From the NCBI GenBank assembly GCA_002269645.1, contig NIVC01003345.1, positions 1 through 64,000 on the forward strand: a DNA stretch of 64,000 nucleotides, given 5' to 3'. Of this stretch, positions 1 to 14,085 are shown one piece after another (the stretch's first letter is position 1; the number at the start of each line of letters is the position of its first letter). Origin of the DNA: Macrostomum lignano. Taxonomy: Eukaryota. Position numbers and translations under genes: made by a program. The notes under the pieces are model-generated. The model saw nothing but the letters and a program-made list of their open reading frames with translations, ran no database searches and was not told the origin of the DNA.

Positions 1-369
1 CTTCATCCATTATTTCGCGTAAAATGGCCATTTTGGTAATCCAAATGCTTTGCTAACAGCGATTAAAACTTGGGTCATTAAGACGCTGAGATTATGGCGG
101 GATTTTCGAGGAAGCTTTCTTTAATAAGTTTGTTCAGAGAAATTTAAATCTCCTTCATTTAAAAGTTTCATCAGACATTGTCAGGTAGCTATAATCAAGC
201 GTATAATTCCTGTAGTTATCATGAGGCGAAAAATTGAAAAACTTTGGAGTTTTCTATATCCGGGTCTTTGTACATGAACATCCGCGGTTGTTGTTCTACT
301 TCCTTGGTCTTGAAACATCCTGGTTTTTTCTACATTTGGGTATTTGTACGTCGCGGTTGATGATTTAAA

Positions 370-690
370 AGTATCTCATGGTCTTTCTACATCGTTTTCT
401 TTCTCATCCTGGTCTTTCTACATCCTGGCTTTTCTACATCATGGTCTTTCTACATCCTGTTCTTTTTACATCATGGTCTTTCTACATCCTGATCTTGCTA
501 CATCCTGGTCTTTTTAGATCCTGGTCTTTTACATCCTGATCTTTCTACATCCTGGTCTTTCTACATCCTGGTCTTTCTACATCCTGGTCTTGTTACATCC
601 TGGTCTTTCTACATCCTGGTCTTTCCACATCCTGGTCTTTCTACATCCTGGTCTTTTTACATCCTGATCTTGCTTCATCCTATCCTACAT
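370..690. repeat. 16-bp minisatellite (CTTTCTACATCCTGGT)
   Basis: Direct tandem units. Confidence 0.9.
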
Positions 691-1329
691 CCTAGGTCTT
701 TTTACCTTCGCGTCCTTCTACATTCGGGTCTTTCTTCTAACATTCCATTATATCCGGGTCGCAGTACACTTATTTTTTGTCTTCGACCTCTAAGTATATT
801 TTTAAAACCATTGTTTTTTTCTTTAGCCATTCTCGACCGGCACTTTCTGGTGAAAGTACAGTAGTTGTCCAGCCCTTGGAATTTAACCAATAATTTAGTG
901 CAAATTTCGTCTGCAGTCGAAAAAACAGTTGAAGCAAAAACTCTGTGCTCTGCCTGCTATGATTGACTAAAAGTTTTGTCAGGGAAGTCCCTCGAGACAC
1001 GCCCCAAGGCGGGTTCCACTAGAAGAAACCTCATTTTCCAAGGTTTCTGTCGAGCTAAAGAAGCTTTAGATTTCAACTTGACAAAGAAAGGGTCTGTGCT
1101 CTGCTGTGCGTGCGAAGGTGAGAGAGAGAGGGCCTGTAAGTTTTCAGTTTTATTAAGCTGACGGCCTTGCGAAATTGTGGGTTTTAGGAGAGAAAAAATG
1201 CTGTGCATTTCTTTGCTTTTAGCCGAGTGAAGTACTGCGATTGACAGCCGAGAAAGAGGGTAAATTAGTCGCGGGAAATCTTTCAATTAAAATTGGGAGT
1301 GCGATCAGGGGCCATGGAGTGACTTTGGG

Positions 1330-1780
1330 TGTTTAGGAGACGGCATGAGGTGTTTAGGAGGCGGCATGAGGTGTTTAGGAGGCGGCATGAGGTGTTTAGG
1401 GGACGACATGAGGTTTTTAGGGGACATGATGTATTTAGACGACATGAGGTGTTTAGGGGACGACATGAGGTGTTTAGGGGACATAATGTGTTTAGGGGAC
1501 ATAATGTGTTTAGGGGACGACATTAGGTGTTTAGGGGACGACATCAGGTGATTAGGGGACGACATGAGGTGTTTAGGGGACGACATCAGGTGATTAGGGG
1601 ACGACATCAGGTGTTTAGGGGACGACATCAGGTGATTAGGGGACGACATCAGGTGTTTAGGGGACGACATCAGGTGTTTAGAGGACGACATCAGGTGATT
1701 AGGGGACGACATCAGGTGTTTAGGGGACGACATGAGGTGTTTAGGAGGCGACGTGAGGTGTTTAGGGGACGATTTAAGAG
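1330..1780. repeat. 21-bp minisatellite (GTTTAGGGGACGACATGAGGT)
   Basis: Tandem units; source of the SSPKHLM ORF. Confidence 0.92.
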
Positions 1781-1849
1781 ATTTGGAAATGATATGATAT
1801 GCAGTGTTTATGAGACGACACGAAGTGTTTAGGCGCCATGAGACAGATG

Positions 1850-2581
1850 CATTGTACACTAGGAGCGCTATCGGGATGCAAAGGGCGACCATGGGCTGTT
1901 TTTGGGGGCTGCCAACGGCGCGTCGTGCGCTGTGGAGGCGTCTTAAGATACACCCTAAGACGCATGTGCAGCGTTATAAATTTCCGCTCACAATGATTCG
2001 GCCGTCAGCCACGGTGACGTCAAACAGCGGCCTGCCCGGATTTCCCGCTGTCGACAGCAGTGGAATCTCAGCAGCCCGTTCTGCCCTTCGTCGGCGTCCT
2101 TGGCTCGAATCTGCAGCACCGTCTGGCCGGCTCGTTCTTGATAAGAGACGCCAAACGACGCGCTATCGTTGCTATGGCCGGTTGTTAGGGACGCGGACGG
2201 AAACTGTACCGCCGGGGCGCAGTCGTTGACATCGATTAGATCGACGCGGACGTCGGCTGTGGCGGTGTGCTGCACCGAGGGACCGCGGCTGCTGCCCGAG
2301 TGCGAAGCCGGAAAGGCGCGATCGACCGCAAGGACTCGCAGCTCGTAGACCGCCTGGCGCTCGCGATCCAGCCGTGTCCGAGTGGTTAGGCGGCCGCTGT
2401 ACAAGTCCACGCTGAAGGAGTGCGCGTCGCGACTTGGCTGCAGTCTGTACCTGATGCCGCCCGTGTCCGGAATGTCGTCCGCGTCGACAGCTCGGACGCT
2501 TCCGAAGCCGGTGCCGGGAATGGCGTTCTCGGGCACACGGAACTGGTAGTAGGTCACGGGGACACCTGTAAGGGGGTTGAC
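1850..2581 (-). CDS. Protocadherin exon 4 (EC6 and EC7); frameshifted near 2065 and degenerate below about 1975 (lower boundary approximate)
   Basis: Acceptor TTTTCAG|GTC at 2581. Motifs VPENA, VDADD, LDRE, IDVNDCAP and KDADEGQNGLLRF are present. A shifted frame continues LLSTAGNPGRPLFDVTVADGRIIVSGNL. I could not identify TM or cytoplasmic exons. Confidence 0.75.
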
Positions 2582-2720
2582 CTGAAAAGTTTTCAGGGGA
2601 TTTTGGGTTAGTTTTTTGTACCGCATCTGTAAGGGAGAGGTGGAGACGAAAGAGCGAGAGGATAGAGGAAGAGAGTAAAAGAAATGTTGCACTAATTATT
2701 CGGGACACTAATTAACTCAC

Positions 2721-2961
2721 AAACTTCGGCAACTCGTCGTTCATGTTGAGAATGGTGACATTAACCGTGGTGAAATTGTGAAGGCCGCCCTGGTCCTCGC
2801 TTTGACCGTGATTAAATAGTTCTGTCGGCCTCTCTGTCGAAGCTGACCAGAGACTTGATCTCTCCCGTTAACGCGTCGATGCCGAAATGAATTTGCGACT
2901 CTTTATCGATGCTGTAAGTCACTCGGTTGTGCGGCTCGGAGTCTTTGTCTATGGCCCTAAC
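2721..2961 (-). CDS. Protocadherin exon 3 (EC5), with two apparent 1-bp deletions; not in the ORF track
   Basis: Acceptor TTACCAG|GTT at 2961. Reads VRAIDKDSEPHNRVTYSI...FDRE, then shifts frame to NYLITVKA, then shifts again to DQGGLHNFTTVNVTILNMNDELPKF. Donor TTT|GTGAGT at 2721/2720. Confidence 0.85.
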
Positions 2962-3490
2962 CTGGTAACGCGTTGGATTGGAGCATTTGATATTTTACAT
3001 GGTTGGCAGGTTGGAAGCAACCTGTCCAACGCTACCTTCCATGCGATTCTCTCCCATGCCAACGCTGCCTTCAGGCCCAGAGTTTGTACGATGCCCGACT
3101 ATAAGAAGTCAGGGCTGGTGTGCATGTGTGTGGTGTGCTCCGGGTTGCCATGCTGCCGTTTCCCTCTCCCGCCCTACGTAAGGCCCTGCTGGTACTCAGT
3201 TGCAGGGACCATTGGTAACCATTACTGTCGTTCATCTACTTTGGGCCAAACCCGGATCTCCGAAGTTTTCAGGCCTGAAGTATCTCTGACACCACGTCCG
3301 CTACTTAAAGGCCATCATCCACCTACTGGACTCTCCGGAGGGGGACCGCAACCACCCAATCTCTTTTGCGCGACACCGCAGCACCAGCTACCCGTGGTCG
3401 ACAAGGGTTGGTGGATTCAGCTGCGACGCCTCCCCGATGCATGAAATGGAAAAACAGCATCTGGACTGGAACGTCTTTCCCTGCACCAAC

Positions 3491-4502
3491 CTGAGCAACC
3501 CGAGCACCCGGATGCAGATTCTCCGGCAGGGCAGCTGAGTAGCCTTCGGGCGGCACCCTTTCAAACTGGGGCGCCTCGTCGTTGATGTCCAGCACCGGAA
3601 TGTCCAGTCTGCGGCAAGTCTGCAACCGCCTCGGCGTCCCGTTGTCATGGCAACAGAGTCGCAGACGCTCAACAGGCTGGCTCTCCCTGTCCAAACTGTC
3701 GTTGACTTGCAGCTTGTACACCTCAGCGCCGCCGTCAACCAGACGGAATCGAATCGCGGATGACGACGACAAGCTAGACGGGTCCTGCGCCGTCAGGCTA
3801 CAGGTGACTCGCCCGGCCTCGCCGGAGTCCGCATCGCTTGCCGTCACAATGGCCACCACAACGCCCTTCGAGTCGGGGCCTTCTATGATGCCGACACCGT
3901 GGCCAGCGTCGGACGATGCCGACGGCAGAAAATCGACAGAGACCCTAGGCTCGTTGTCGTTGACGTCGAGCACATCGACGAGGACTCGAGCGTCCTCGGC
4001 GGGCAGCGCCGGCGAGCCGCAATCGCTGACAGCGACGGCGAAGGCGAATCTGCGTCGACGCTCGAAGTCAAGGCCGGCCGAGCCGACGCTCAGCCAGCCG
4101 CTGTCGGCGTCGACGTTGAAAGCGGCGAGGGTCTCGACGTCAGCCCCGGCCGAGCTGATGCCGAAGCGCAGTCGCGCGTTCTCCCCGGAGTCGCCGTCGT
4201 GAGCTGTCAGCTGGAGCAGCCGCTGACCCGGCGGGGCGTCCTCCGAGACGTTGACAGAGTAGGTCGCGGGTTCGAACACTGGCCGATGATCGTTGACGTC
4301 GAGCACGACGACGGTGACGCTGAGGGTGCCGGTGTTGGCCAGTGGGGTGCCGCTGTCCACGGCCAGGAGCAGCAGGTCGTAGCCGGCCACGGACTCGCGG
4401 TCCAGCGGCGCCGTTTGGGTGAGGCGGGGAGGCGGCAGCTGGCCGGGGCCGCGGCGCGGTTGCTGCAATTCTAATGGCGCCTTGTTCGATCGCAGCTCGT
4501 AC
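3491..4502 (-). CDS. Protocadherin exon 2 (EC2 to start of EC5)
   Basis: Acceptor CCGCAG|G at 4502 completes the phase-2 codon and gives NGLLR-YEL. Motifs LDRE, LDVNDHRPVF, LDFE, LDVNDNEP and LDINDEAPQF are present. Donor CAG|GTTGGT at 3491/3490, phase 0. Intron 1 is 8302 bp. Confidence 0.92.
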
Positions 4503-4689
4503 CTGCGGTGCGGGGTGGAGATGCGAGCCGATGGAAGAATGCCGCCTCCCCAAATACCTGGCCAGCACAAATATCCCAATAAAGGTACCCCGGTCGAAGA
4601 TAATTTATCTGATTCAGAATATTCGATAAAAGATGTCTACAAAAATACCCGATCAAAGATTCCCGATCAAGAGGTACCTACTTGAACAA

Positions 4690-5135
4690 TAATACACCCA
4701 TAAAAAAGACACCCCAATCAAAGATACCCTGATCAAAAGATACCCTGATCAAAAGATACCCCGATCAAATGATACCCTGATCAAAAGATACCCTGATCAA
4801 AGATACCCCGTTCAAAAGATACCCCGATCAAAGATACCCCGATCAAAAGATCCCCCGATCAAATGATACCCTGATCAAAGATACACAGATCAAAGCTACT
4901 CCGCTCAAAAGATACCCTGATCAAAGATACCCTGATCAAAGATACCCTGATCAAAGAAACCCAGATCAAAGATACCCAGTTCAAAAGATACCCTGATCAA
5001 AGAAACCCAGATCAAAGATACCCAGTTCAAAAGATACCCTGATCAAAGATACCCCGTTCAAAAGATACCCTGATCAAAGATACACAGATCAAAGCTACCC
5101 CGCTCAAAAGATACCCTGATCAAAGATACCCCAAT
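4690..5135. repeat. 15-16-bp minisatellite (TCAAAGATACCCTGA)
   Basis: Tandem units in protocadherin intron 1. Confidence 0.9.
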
Positions 5136-5669
5136 AAAATTTCCCGGTGGCTGCATATAAAAGGCTCTTAAGCAAAAGCTCTTTGAATTATGAACTGGCC
5201 TTTAATTGAATCGGAGCTCTCGAAAAAATGACGAATGACCCATTGATTGCGAGAGAAGGCGACGGAGAAGAAGAGGATTGAATAGACGGGATTCTAATCC
5301 CTTTAAATCCCCATTTTGTCCTGAGGGTTTTGGGGCTGGTGTTGCCTTTCAGATTGAATGGCAGCCATAAAAAGGACGATTTTCTGCTCAGGCAAAATTT
5401 TCGAGGGGGATTAATTATTAATTAGCAGCAGAAGCCCATTGCCCGCCGCCGTCTGAAGATTTGAGAATCTGAGGCAAAAGGAAATCCTTCATAGTCAGCA
5501 CTGTCGTCATCCATGCAGACTGGAGCTTGCTAGTGTAAATTTCTAAAATAGAAGAAGATTGCAGGTTTAAATTGTTCTTTTCCGCCCCTTGTCTATCTCG
5601 AATCTATCTCGTCCCGCCCCCGCACCATCATCACCTCAAATTTAATTAACTCATTTCACCCGACGTATT

Positions 5670-6690
5670 AGCCCCCCAAATCCGCTGTCGACCATCCCCA
5701 CTCCGCCCCCCAAATCCGCTGTCGACCAGCCAGCCCCACTCCGCCCCCCAAATCCGCTGTCGACCAGCCCCACTCCGCCCCCCCCAAATCCGCTGTCGAC
5801 CAGCCCCACTCCCCCCCCAAATCCGCTGTCGACCAGCCCCACTCCGCCCCCCCAAATCCGCTGTCGACCAGCCCCACTCCGCCCCCAAATCCGCTGTCGA
5901 CCAGCCCCACTCCGCCCCCAAATCCGCTGTCGACCAGCCCCACTCCGCCCCCCAAATCCGCTGTCGACCAGCCCCACTCCGCCCCCAAATCCGCTGTCGA
6001 CCAGCCCCACTCCGCCCCCCAAATCCGCTGTCGACCATCCCCACTCCACCCCCCAAATCCGCTGTAGACCAGTCAGCCCAACTCCGCCACCCCAAATCCG
6101 ATGTCGACCAGCCCCACTCCGCCCCCCAAATCCGCTGACGACCAGTCCCACTCCGTTCCCAAATCCGTCTCACGATCAGCCCAGTTCCGCCCTCCAAAAT
6201 CCGCCCCAAAACCCGCCCCCGAAATCCGCCCCAAAACCCGCCCTCGAAATCCGCCCTCCAAAATTCCCAAAATCCGACCCTCGAAATCCGCCCTCCAAAA
6301 TCCGCCCCCAAAATCCGCCCCCTAAAATCCGCCCCCAAAATCCGCCTTCCAAAATCCGCCTCCCAAAATCCGCCCCCTAAAATCCACCCCCCAAAATCCG
6401 CCCTCGAAATCCGCCCTCCAAAATCCCCAAAATCCGCCCCCTAAAATCCGCCCCCAAAATCCGCCTTCCAAAATCCGCCTCCCAAAATCCGCCCCCTAAA
6501 ATCCACCCCCCAAAATCCGCCCTCGAAATCCGCCCTCCAAAATCCCCAAAATCCGACCCTCGAAATCCGCCCCCCAAAAATCCGACCCCCAAAATCCGCC
6601 CCCCAAAATCCGCCCTCAAAATCCGACCCTCAAAATCCGCCCCCCAAAATCCGCCCCCCAAAATCCGCCCCCAAAATCCGCCCCCAAAAT
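5670..6690. repeat. Compound C-rich array: ~32-bp unit then 12-13-bp unit, core AAATCCGC
   Basis: CCCCAAATCCGCTGTCGACCAGCCCCACTCCG repeats, followed by CCCCAAAATCCGC repeats. Confidence 0.9.
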
Positions 6691-7760
6691 CCCGCCTCCA
6701 TTCCTTTGAAAGTCTCAGCATCCAGTCCGCATCAAATCAGGGAACAAAGGAAGATAGGAGGCCGCGGCCGCACTTAATACCAACATTATCTAAGCTAAGA
6801 CGCGCGTCCACCCACCCCGCTGCCAGAGCTTGATTTATTGAACAGCGGCGGGTCCTCAACAGTTGCCGGGCAAGGGCTTTTTACCGAAAAGCGACTGTTG
6901 CTTAAAGATAGCAAAGTCTTTGTGAGGGAGTTTATTAATCATATTTTTATCCCAGTGAGCCAAGCCGCTGTCAGTGCTAGGAATGCAGATCGATGGCGGA
7001 GCGGTCATCCCTCAGCTCCGCTTTGTTCTCCGCTAGGATACACGCCCAGATTCGGGTCAATTTTGGTACATCCAGTATAGTTATAAAATAATATAGAGCC
7101 AATAATATATTGATTTGTGCTTCAGCATTGCCGACAATGTTTGACTGACAGATTCAATAGGGGGGCTTGGGTCCGACTTTCAGCAGCAATTTGTCTGTCT
7201 GTCTGCGTGTTTGCGCGCTTCCGAAAGAGGGCAAGGTGGATGGGGATCTCTGAGCACCAGCATTTGTCCTCCCTAAACCCCCCAACTCTGCCCTGTGTTT
7301 CCTTTTCCCCCAAGCTCTCACAGCCCCCCCCCCGCTTCCACTCCAATCTCTGAGGACCGCTAGGGGGTCTCCGAGGCTGAGTTTGTGTGTATTAATTAAT
7401 CCCACTTCCAGCACTCATTTATATTCGCTCCTCTCTCTCTCTACCCCCCCCCCTAACTAACTCTCTTCGACGAGGCCCTTCCATTCTCTCAATTTTTTCC
7501 TGGGGAAAAATCACACTCTCACACATTTCCACTTCTATGCCAAGTTTTTTATACGGGGGCCTCTACCCTCTCTCTCGCTGGCTCACTTATAATCTGCTGC
7601 CCAGCCTGAGTTGACACTTTCAGATCCAGTGAAGTGCGGAGCTGCTGCAGTGGCCCCGACCCACCTTCTGGGGCTTCTCTGACCTGCTCACTGGGGCGGA
7701 TAAAGAGCTGATTGAAGACGGGGATAGACTGACTCAACCGGGACTTTGGGGATAGACAGG

Positions 7761-8566
<806 letters not shown>

Positions 8567-8959
8567 GTCCCAAGACAGAAGGATAGCAAGGACAGTAAAG
8601 GTGGCCAAAAAGTCCGACAGTGAGTATCAGCACTGCCCCGACCCCCAGAGAGCTCGCAGGAAGGCATTTAACCGGAGAGTAAAATTAATTAAAAGCTTGA
8701 TTTGAAGCGAACTGTGAGAATGCGCTCGAGTATGAAAGGCTTCCGCCTCTGGAGCATGAGTGAGCACGCTTTAAAGTAAAATAATGGTTCCCCGACGCTT
8801 TGATGTGTAGCTGAATCTGTTGAAAAAAGGATGCGAGACCTCTGCCTGCCCTGTTGCTGTGCCTCTTCATTTAATAATTCACTGCATTAGCCCGCGTCTC
8901 GCTGACAGGATAAGAGAAACTTGTTGACAGGGATAGAAAAGACATTTTGAGGAAAAATG

Positions 8960-11900
8960 CGTTGAGAGAGACAAGAGCAAGAGACATGAAAGAGACAAGG
9001 GACAGAGAGGAGAGACACGGGAGAGACAGAGACAGAGAGAGAGAGACAACAGAGAGACAATACAGATAGGGGAGAGACAAATGAGAGACAAGAGAGACAA
9101 AGGAGACAAGAGAGAGACAAGAGAGACAAGAAAGAGACAAGAGAGAGGCAAGGGAAAGACAAGAGAGAGACACGAGAGAGGCAAGGGAGAGACAAGAGAG
9201 AGACAAGAGAGAGGCAAGGGAGAGACAAGAGAGAGACAAGAGAGAGACAAGAGAGAGGCAAGGAAGAGACAAGAGAGAGGCAAGGGAGAGACAAGAGAGA
9301 GATGCAAGGGAGAGAGAGACATGAGAGAGGCAAGGGAGAGACAAGAGAGCGACAAGAGAGAGACAAGAGAGAGGCAAGGAAGAGACAAAGAGAGAGGCAA
9401 AGAGGAGGACAAGAGAGAGACAGGAGAGAGACAAGAGAGAGGCAAGGGAGAGACAAGAGAGAGGCAAGGGAGAGACAAGAGAGAGACAAGAGAGAGACAA
9501 GAGAGAGGCAAGGAAGAGACAAGAGAGAGGCAAGGGAGAGACAAGAGAGAGGCAAGGGAGAGACAAGAGAGAGACAAGAGAGAGACAAGAGAGAGAAAAG
9601 AGAGAGGCAAGGGAGAGGCAAGGGAGAGACAAGAGAGAGACACGAGAGAGGCAAGGGAGAGACAAGAGAGAGATGCAAGGGAGAGAGAGACATGAGAGAG
9701 GCAAGGGAGAGACAAGAGAGAGACAAGAGAGAGACAAGAGAGAGGCAAGGAAGAGACAAGAGAGAGGCAAGGGAGAGACAAGAGAGAGACAAGAGAGAGA
9801 CAAGAGAGAGACAAGAGAGAGACAATAGAGAGACAAGAGAGAGGCAAGGGAAAGACAAGAGAGAGGCAAGGGAGAGACAAGAGAGGCAAGGGAGAGACAA
9901 GAGAGAGGCAAGGGAGAGACAAGAGAGAGGCAAGGGAGAGACAAGAGAGAGGCAAGGGAGAGACAAGAGAGAGGCAAGGGAGAGACAAGAGAGAGGCAAG
10001 GAAGAGACAAGAGAGAGGCAAGGGAGAGACAAGAGAGAGATGCAAGGGAGAGAGAGACATGAGAGAGGCAAGGGAGAGACAAGAGAGAGACAAGAGAGAG
10101 ACAAGAGAGAGGCAAGGAAGAGACAAGAGAGAGGCAAGGGAGAGACAAGAGAGAGACAGGAGAGAGACAAGAGAGAGGCAAGGGAGAGACAAGAGAGAGG
10201 CAAGGGAGAGACAAGAGAGAGACAAGAGAGAGGCAAGGAAGAGACAAGAGAGAGGCAAGGGAGAGACAAGAGAGAGGCAAGGGAGAGACAAGAGAGAGAC
10301 AAGAGAGAGACAAGAGAGAGGCAAGGAAGAGACAAGAGAGAGGCAAGGGAGAGACAAGAGAGAGGCAAGGAAGAGACAAGAGAGAGACAAGGGAGAGACA
10401 AGAGAGAGACAAGAGAGAGGCAAGAGAGAGACATGAGAGAGACAAGAGAGAGGCAAGGAAGAGACAAGAGAGAGGCAAGGGAGAGAGAGACATGAGAGAG
10501 GCAAGGGAGAGACAAGAGAGAGATGCAAGGGAGAGAGAGACATGAGAGAGGCAAGGGAGAGACAAGAGAGAGACAAGAGAGAGACAAGAGAGAGGCAAGG
10601 AAGAGACAAGAGAGAGGCAAGGGAGAGACAAGAGAGAGACAGGAGAGAGACAAGAGAGAGGCAAGGGAGAGACAAGAGAGAGGCAAGGGAGAGACAAGAG
10701 AGAGACAAGAGAGAGACAAGAGAGAGGCAAGGAAGAGACAAGAGAGAGGCAAGGGAGAGACAAGAGAGAGGCAAGGGAGAGACAAGAGAGAGGCAAGGGA
10801 GAGACAAGAGAGAGGCAAGGAAGAGACAAGAGAGAGGCAAGGGAGAGACAAGAGAGAGATGCAAGGGAGAGAGAGACATGAGAGAGGCAAGGGAGAGACA
10901 AGAGAGAGACAAGAGAGAGACAAGAGAGAGGCAAGGAAGAGACAAGAGAGAGGCAAGGGAGAGACAAGAGAGAGGCAAGGGAGAGACAAGAGAGAGACAA
11001 GAGAGAGACAAGAGAGAGGCAAGGAAGAGACAAGAGAGAGGCAAGGGAGAGACAAGAGAGAGATGCAAGAGAGAGAGAGAGACATGAGAGAGGCAAGGGA
11101 GAGACAAGAGAGAGATGCAAGGGAGGGAGAGACAAGAGAGAGATGCAAGGGAGAGAGAGACATGAGAGAGGCAAGGGAGAGACAAGAGAGAGATGCAAGG
11201 GAGAGAGAGACATGAGAGAGGCAAGGAAGAGACAAGAGAGAGGCAAGGGAGAGACAAGAGAGAGGCAAGGGAGAGACAAGAGAGAGGCAAGGGAGAGACA
11301 AGAGAGAGGCAAGGGAGAGGCAAGAGAGAGACAATAGAGAGACAAGAGAGAGGCAAGAGAGAGACAAGAGAGAGGCAAGGGAGAGACAAGAGAGAGACAA
11401 GGGAGAGAAAGAGACAATAGAGAGACAAGAGAGAGGCAAGGGAGAGACAAGAGAGAGACAATAGAGAGACAAGAGAGAGACAAGAGAGAGACAAGAGAGA
11501 GGCAAGGGAGAGACAAGAGAGAGACAAGAGAGAGACAAGAGAGAGACAATAGAGAGACAAGAGAGAGGCAAGGGAAAGACAAGAGAGAGGCAAGGGAGAG
11601 ACAAGAGAGGCAAGGGAGAGACAAGAGAGAGGCAAGGGAGAGACAAGAGAGAGGCAAGGGAGAGACAAGAGAGAGGCAAGGGAGAGACAAGAGAGAGGCA
11701 AGGGAGAGACAAGAGAGAGGCAAGGAAGAGACAAGAGAGAGGCAAGGGAGAGACAAGAGAGAGATGCAAGGGAGAGAGAGACATGAGAGAGGCAAGGGAG
11801 AGACAAGAGAGAGGCAAGGGAGAGACAAGAGAGAGGCAAAGGAGAGACAAGAGAGAGGCAAGGGAGAGGCAAGGGAGAGACAAGAGAGAGACAAGGGAGA

Positions 11901-12770
11901 GAGAGAGACAATAGAGAGACAAGGGAGAGACAAGAGAGAGACAAGGGAGAGAAAGAGACAAGAGAGAGACAAGAGAGAGGCAAGGGAAAGACAAGAGAGA
12001 GACAATAGAGAGACAAGAGAGAGGCAAGAGAGAGACAAGAGAGAGACAAGAGAGAGACAAGAGAGAGGCAAGGGAGAGACAAGAGAGAGGCAAGGGAGAG
12101 GCAAGAGAGAGGCAAGAGAGAGACAAGATAGAGACAAGAGAGAGGCAAGGGAGAGACAAGAGAAAGGCAAGGGAGAGACAAGAGAGAGGCAAGGGAGAGA
12201 CAATAGAGAGACAATAGAGAGACAAGAGAGAGGCAAGGGAGAGACAAGAGAGAGGCAAGGGAGAGACAAGAGAGAGACACGAGAGAGGCAAGGGAGAGAC
12301 AAGAGAAAGGCAAGGGAGAGACACGAGAGAGGCAAGGGAGAGACAAGAGAGAGGCAAGGGAGAGACAAGAGAGAGACAAGAGAGAGGCAAGGGAGAGACA
12401 AAAGAGAGACAAGAGAGAGGCAAGGGAGAGACAAGAGAGAGGCAAGGGAGAGACAAGAGAGAGGCAAGGGAGAGACAAGAGAAAGGCAAGGGAGAGACAA
12501 GAGAGAGGCAAGGGAGAGACAAGAGAGAGGCAAGGGAGAGACAAGAGAGAGGCAAGGGAGAGACAAGAGAAAGGCAAGGGAGAGACAAGAGAGAGACAAG
12601 AGAGAGGCAAGGGAGAGAGAGACAAGAGAGAGGCAAGGGAGAGACAAGAGAGAAACAAGAGAGAGGCAAGGGAGAGACAAGAGAGAGACAAGATAGAGGC
12701 AAGGGAGAGACAAGAGAGAGGCAAGGGAGAGAGAGACAAGACAGACAACGGAGACAGGGGAGAGACAACT
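8960..12770. repeat. 3.8-kb purine-rich compound array (GAGAGACAA / GAGAGGCAAGG)
   Basis: Direct reading; generates the spurious 1300-1500 aa ORFs. Confidence 0.95.
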
Positions 12771-12804
12771 GAGAGGCAAGCAGAGTGGAGCAGCAGCCAC
12801 TGAC

Positions 12805-13346
12805 CTGAGCAGGCCATTCGCAGTCGAGTCCGGGTCCGCTGCAGCTGGCAGCGGGAAGGTGGCTCCAATCTTGCTATTCTCGGCCACCTTCAGCGTGAAC
12901 ATTGGGATGGAGAACTTGGGCGGGTGGTCGTTCCTGTCGATCACTTCCACTCTTACCCGGGCGATGTCGCTGCCACCTTTGTCGTCGACAATTGCGACGC
13001 GCAATTCAATAACGGCGCAGTTGACGTCGGAGTCTCCGACTGAGCACAGCTGCTCGCGGTCGATTTCGCGACGCAGAGTCAACACGGTGTCGCGCCGGCG
13101 GATGTCGAAGTATTCGCCGGAAAGACCGCCGCCGCTGCCTCCGCCGCCGAGCACTTTGAAGGTGGCAGCGGAGGCCGACATATCAGAGAGTCGGCATTCA
13201 CCGCGGCCGTCTCGTCGGCGCAGAGCGGTGCCCGCCAGAGCGTCGTCCAGCACCTCGCAGTCCAACCGCGAGGATGGCGAATCGGCGAGAGTCTCTGCTA
13301 CTAGGAGAACAAGCAGCAGGCAAACTGTTCTCGAATGGTGACTCAT
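12805..13346 (-). CDS. Protocadherin (delta1-like, 7 EC repeats), exon 1: signal peptide, EC1 and start of EC2
   Basis: ATG at 13346 gives MSHHSRTVCLLLVLLVAETLA (signal-like). Cadherin motifs IDRE, VIDRNDHPPKF, AENSKIG and ADPDS follow. Donor AG|GTCAGT at 12805/12804, phase 2. Confidence 0.9.
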
Positions 13347-13459
13347 TTGAGCCTGGTGTGTCTGGTCTGGTCTGCAATTAATCATCAGAGTAATAGGTGG
13401 CACCTTTGAAAGCTTTGCGGGAGAATGTTTTTGAGTGGCATCAAATGGGGGACGAGAAC

Positions 13460-14085
13460 AGAGAAAAGGAGAGAGAGGTGAAAGGAGAGGAGAGAGGGTA
13501 GAGGAGAGGGAGATGAGAGGGGAGAGGGGAGAAGAGAATGGAGAGAGGAGAGGAGACAGACGAGAGAGGAGAAGAGAGGTGTTGTGTTTTAGTTAATTGA
13601 ATTGAATTCAGTCAGTTGGAGACACTTGGGTCTCGCTCAATATATTTATAGTCAAAGCATGCACGATGAACATTACTCAATCGTTAGCTAGCATTGGCAC
13701 GTTAAACTGAACACTGATTGTGCAATAACTTATCAATAGATTTCAAAGCAAACTATTCAATGAATCATCATGCAACTAAATCACGTTGCACTGTCACAAC
13801 AAGAGGGGAGAGAGGAGAGAGGAGAGGGGAGAGAGGAGAGGGGAGAGAGGAGAGGGGAGAGAGGAGAGGGGAGAGAGGAGAGGGGAGAGAGGAGAGGGGA
13901 GAGAGGAGAGGGGAGAGAGGAGAGGGGAGAAAGGAGAGAGGAGAAGAGAGGGGAGAGAGGAGAGGGGAGAGAGAGGAGAGGGGAGAGAGGAGAGGGGAGA
14001 GGCGAGAGGGGAGAGAGGAGAAAGGAGAGAGGAGAAGAGAGGGAGAGAGGAGAGGGGAGAGAGGAGAGGGGAGAGAGGAGAGGGG
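13460..14085. repeat. Two GA-rich tracts (13460-13580; 14-bp GAGAGGAGAGGGGA at 13800-14085) flanking the putative protocadherin promoter
   Basis: Direct reading. Confidence 0.85.
13643..13650 (-). promoter_or_regulatory. Candidate TATA box of the protocadherin gene
   Basis: TATAAATA on the minus strand about 300 nt upstream of the ATG, flanked on both sides by GA-rich tracts. Confidence 0.35.

Noticed and set aside
770-1000. YWLNSKGWTT resembling a pogo/DDE_1 motif, or a protocadherin tail exon
   Set aside because: No catalytic motifs or TM segment, the composition differs from the real exons, and the similarity is too short.
1330-1780. TTAGGG in each 21-bp unit suggesting interstitial telomere
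   Set aside because: One hexamer per unit, never in tandem; chance inclusion is sufficient.
5422-5514. 30-aa minus-strand sORF MDDDSADYEGF...RRRRAMGFCC in protocadherin intron 1
   Set aside because: No signal peptide or supporting donor; ORFs of this size arise by chance.
8871-12868. ORFs of 1293-1510 aa and the many ERQ-rich plus-strand ORFs
   Set aside because: They are stop-free readings of the purine array. Only 13346-12805 is real coding sequence, and it splices out at GTCAGT.
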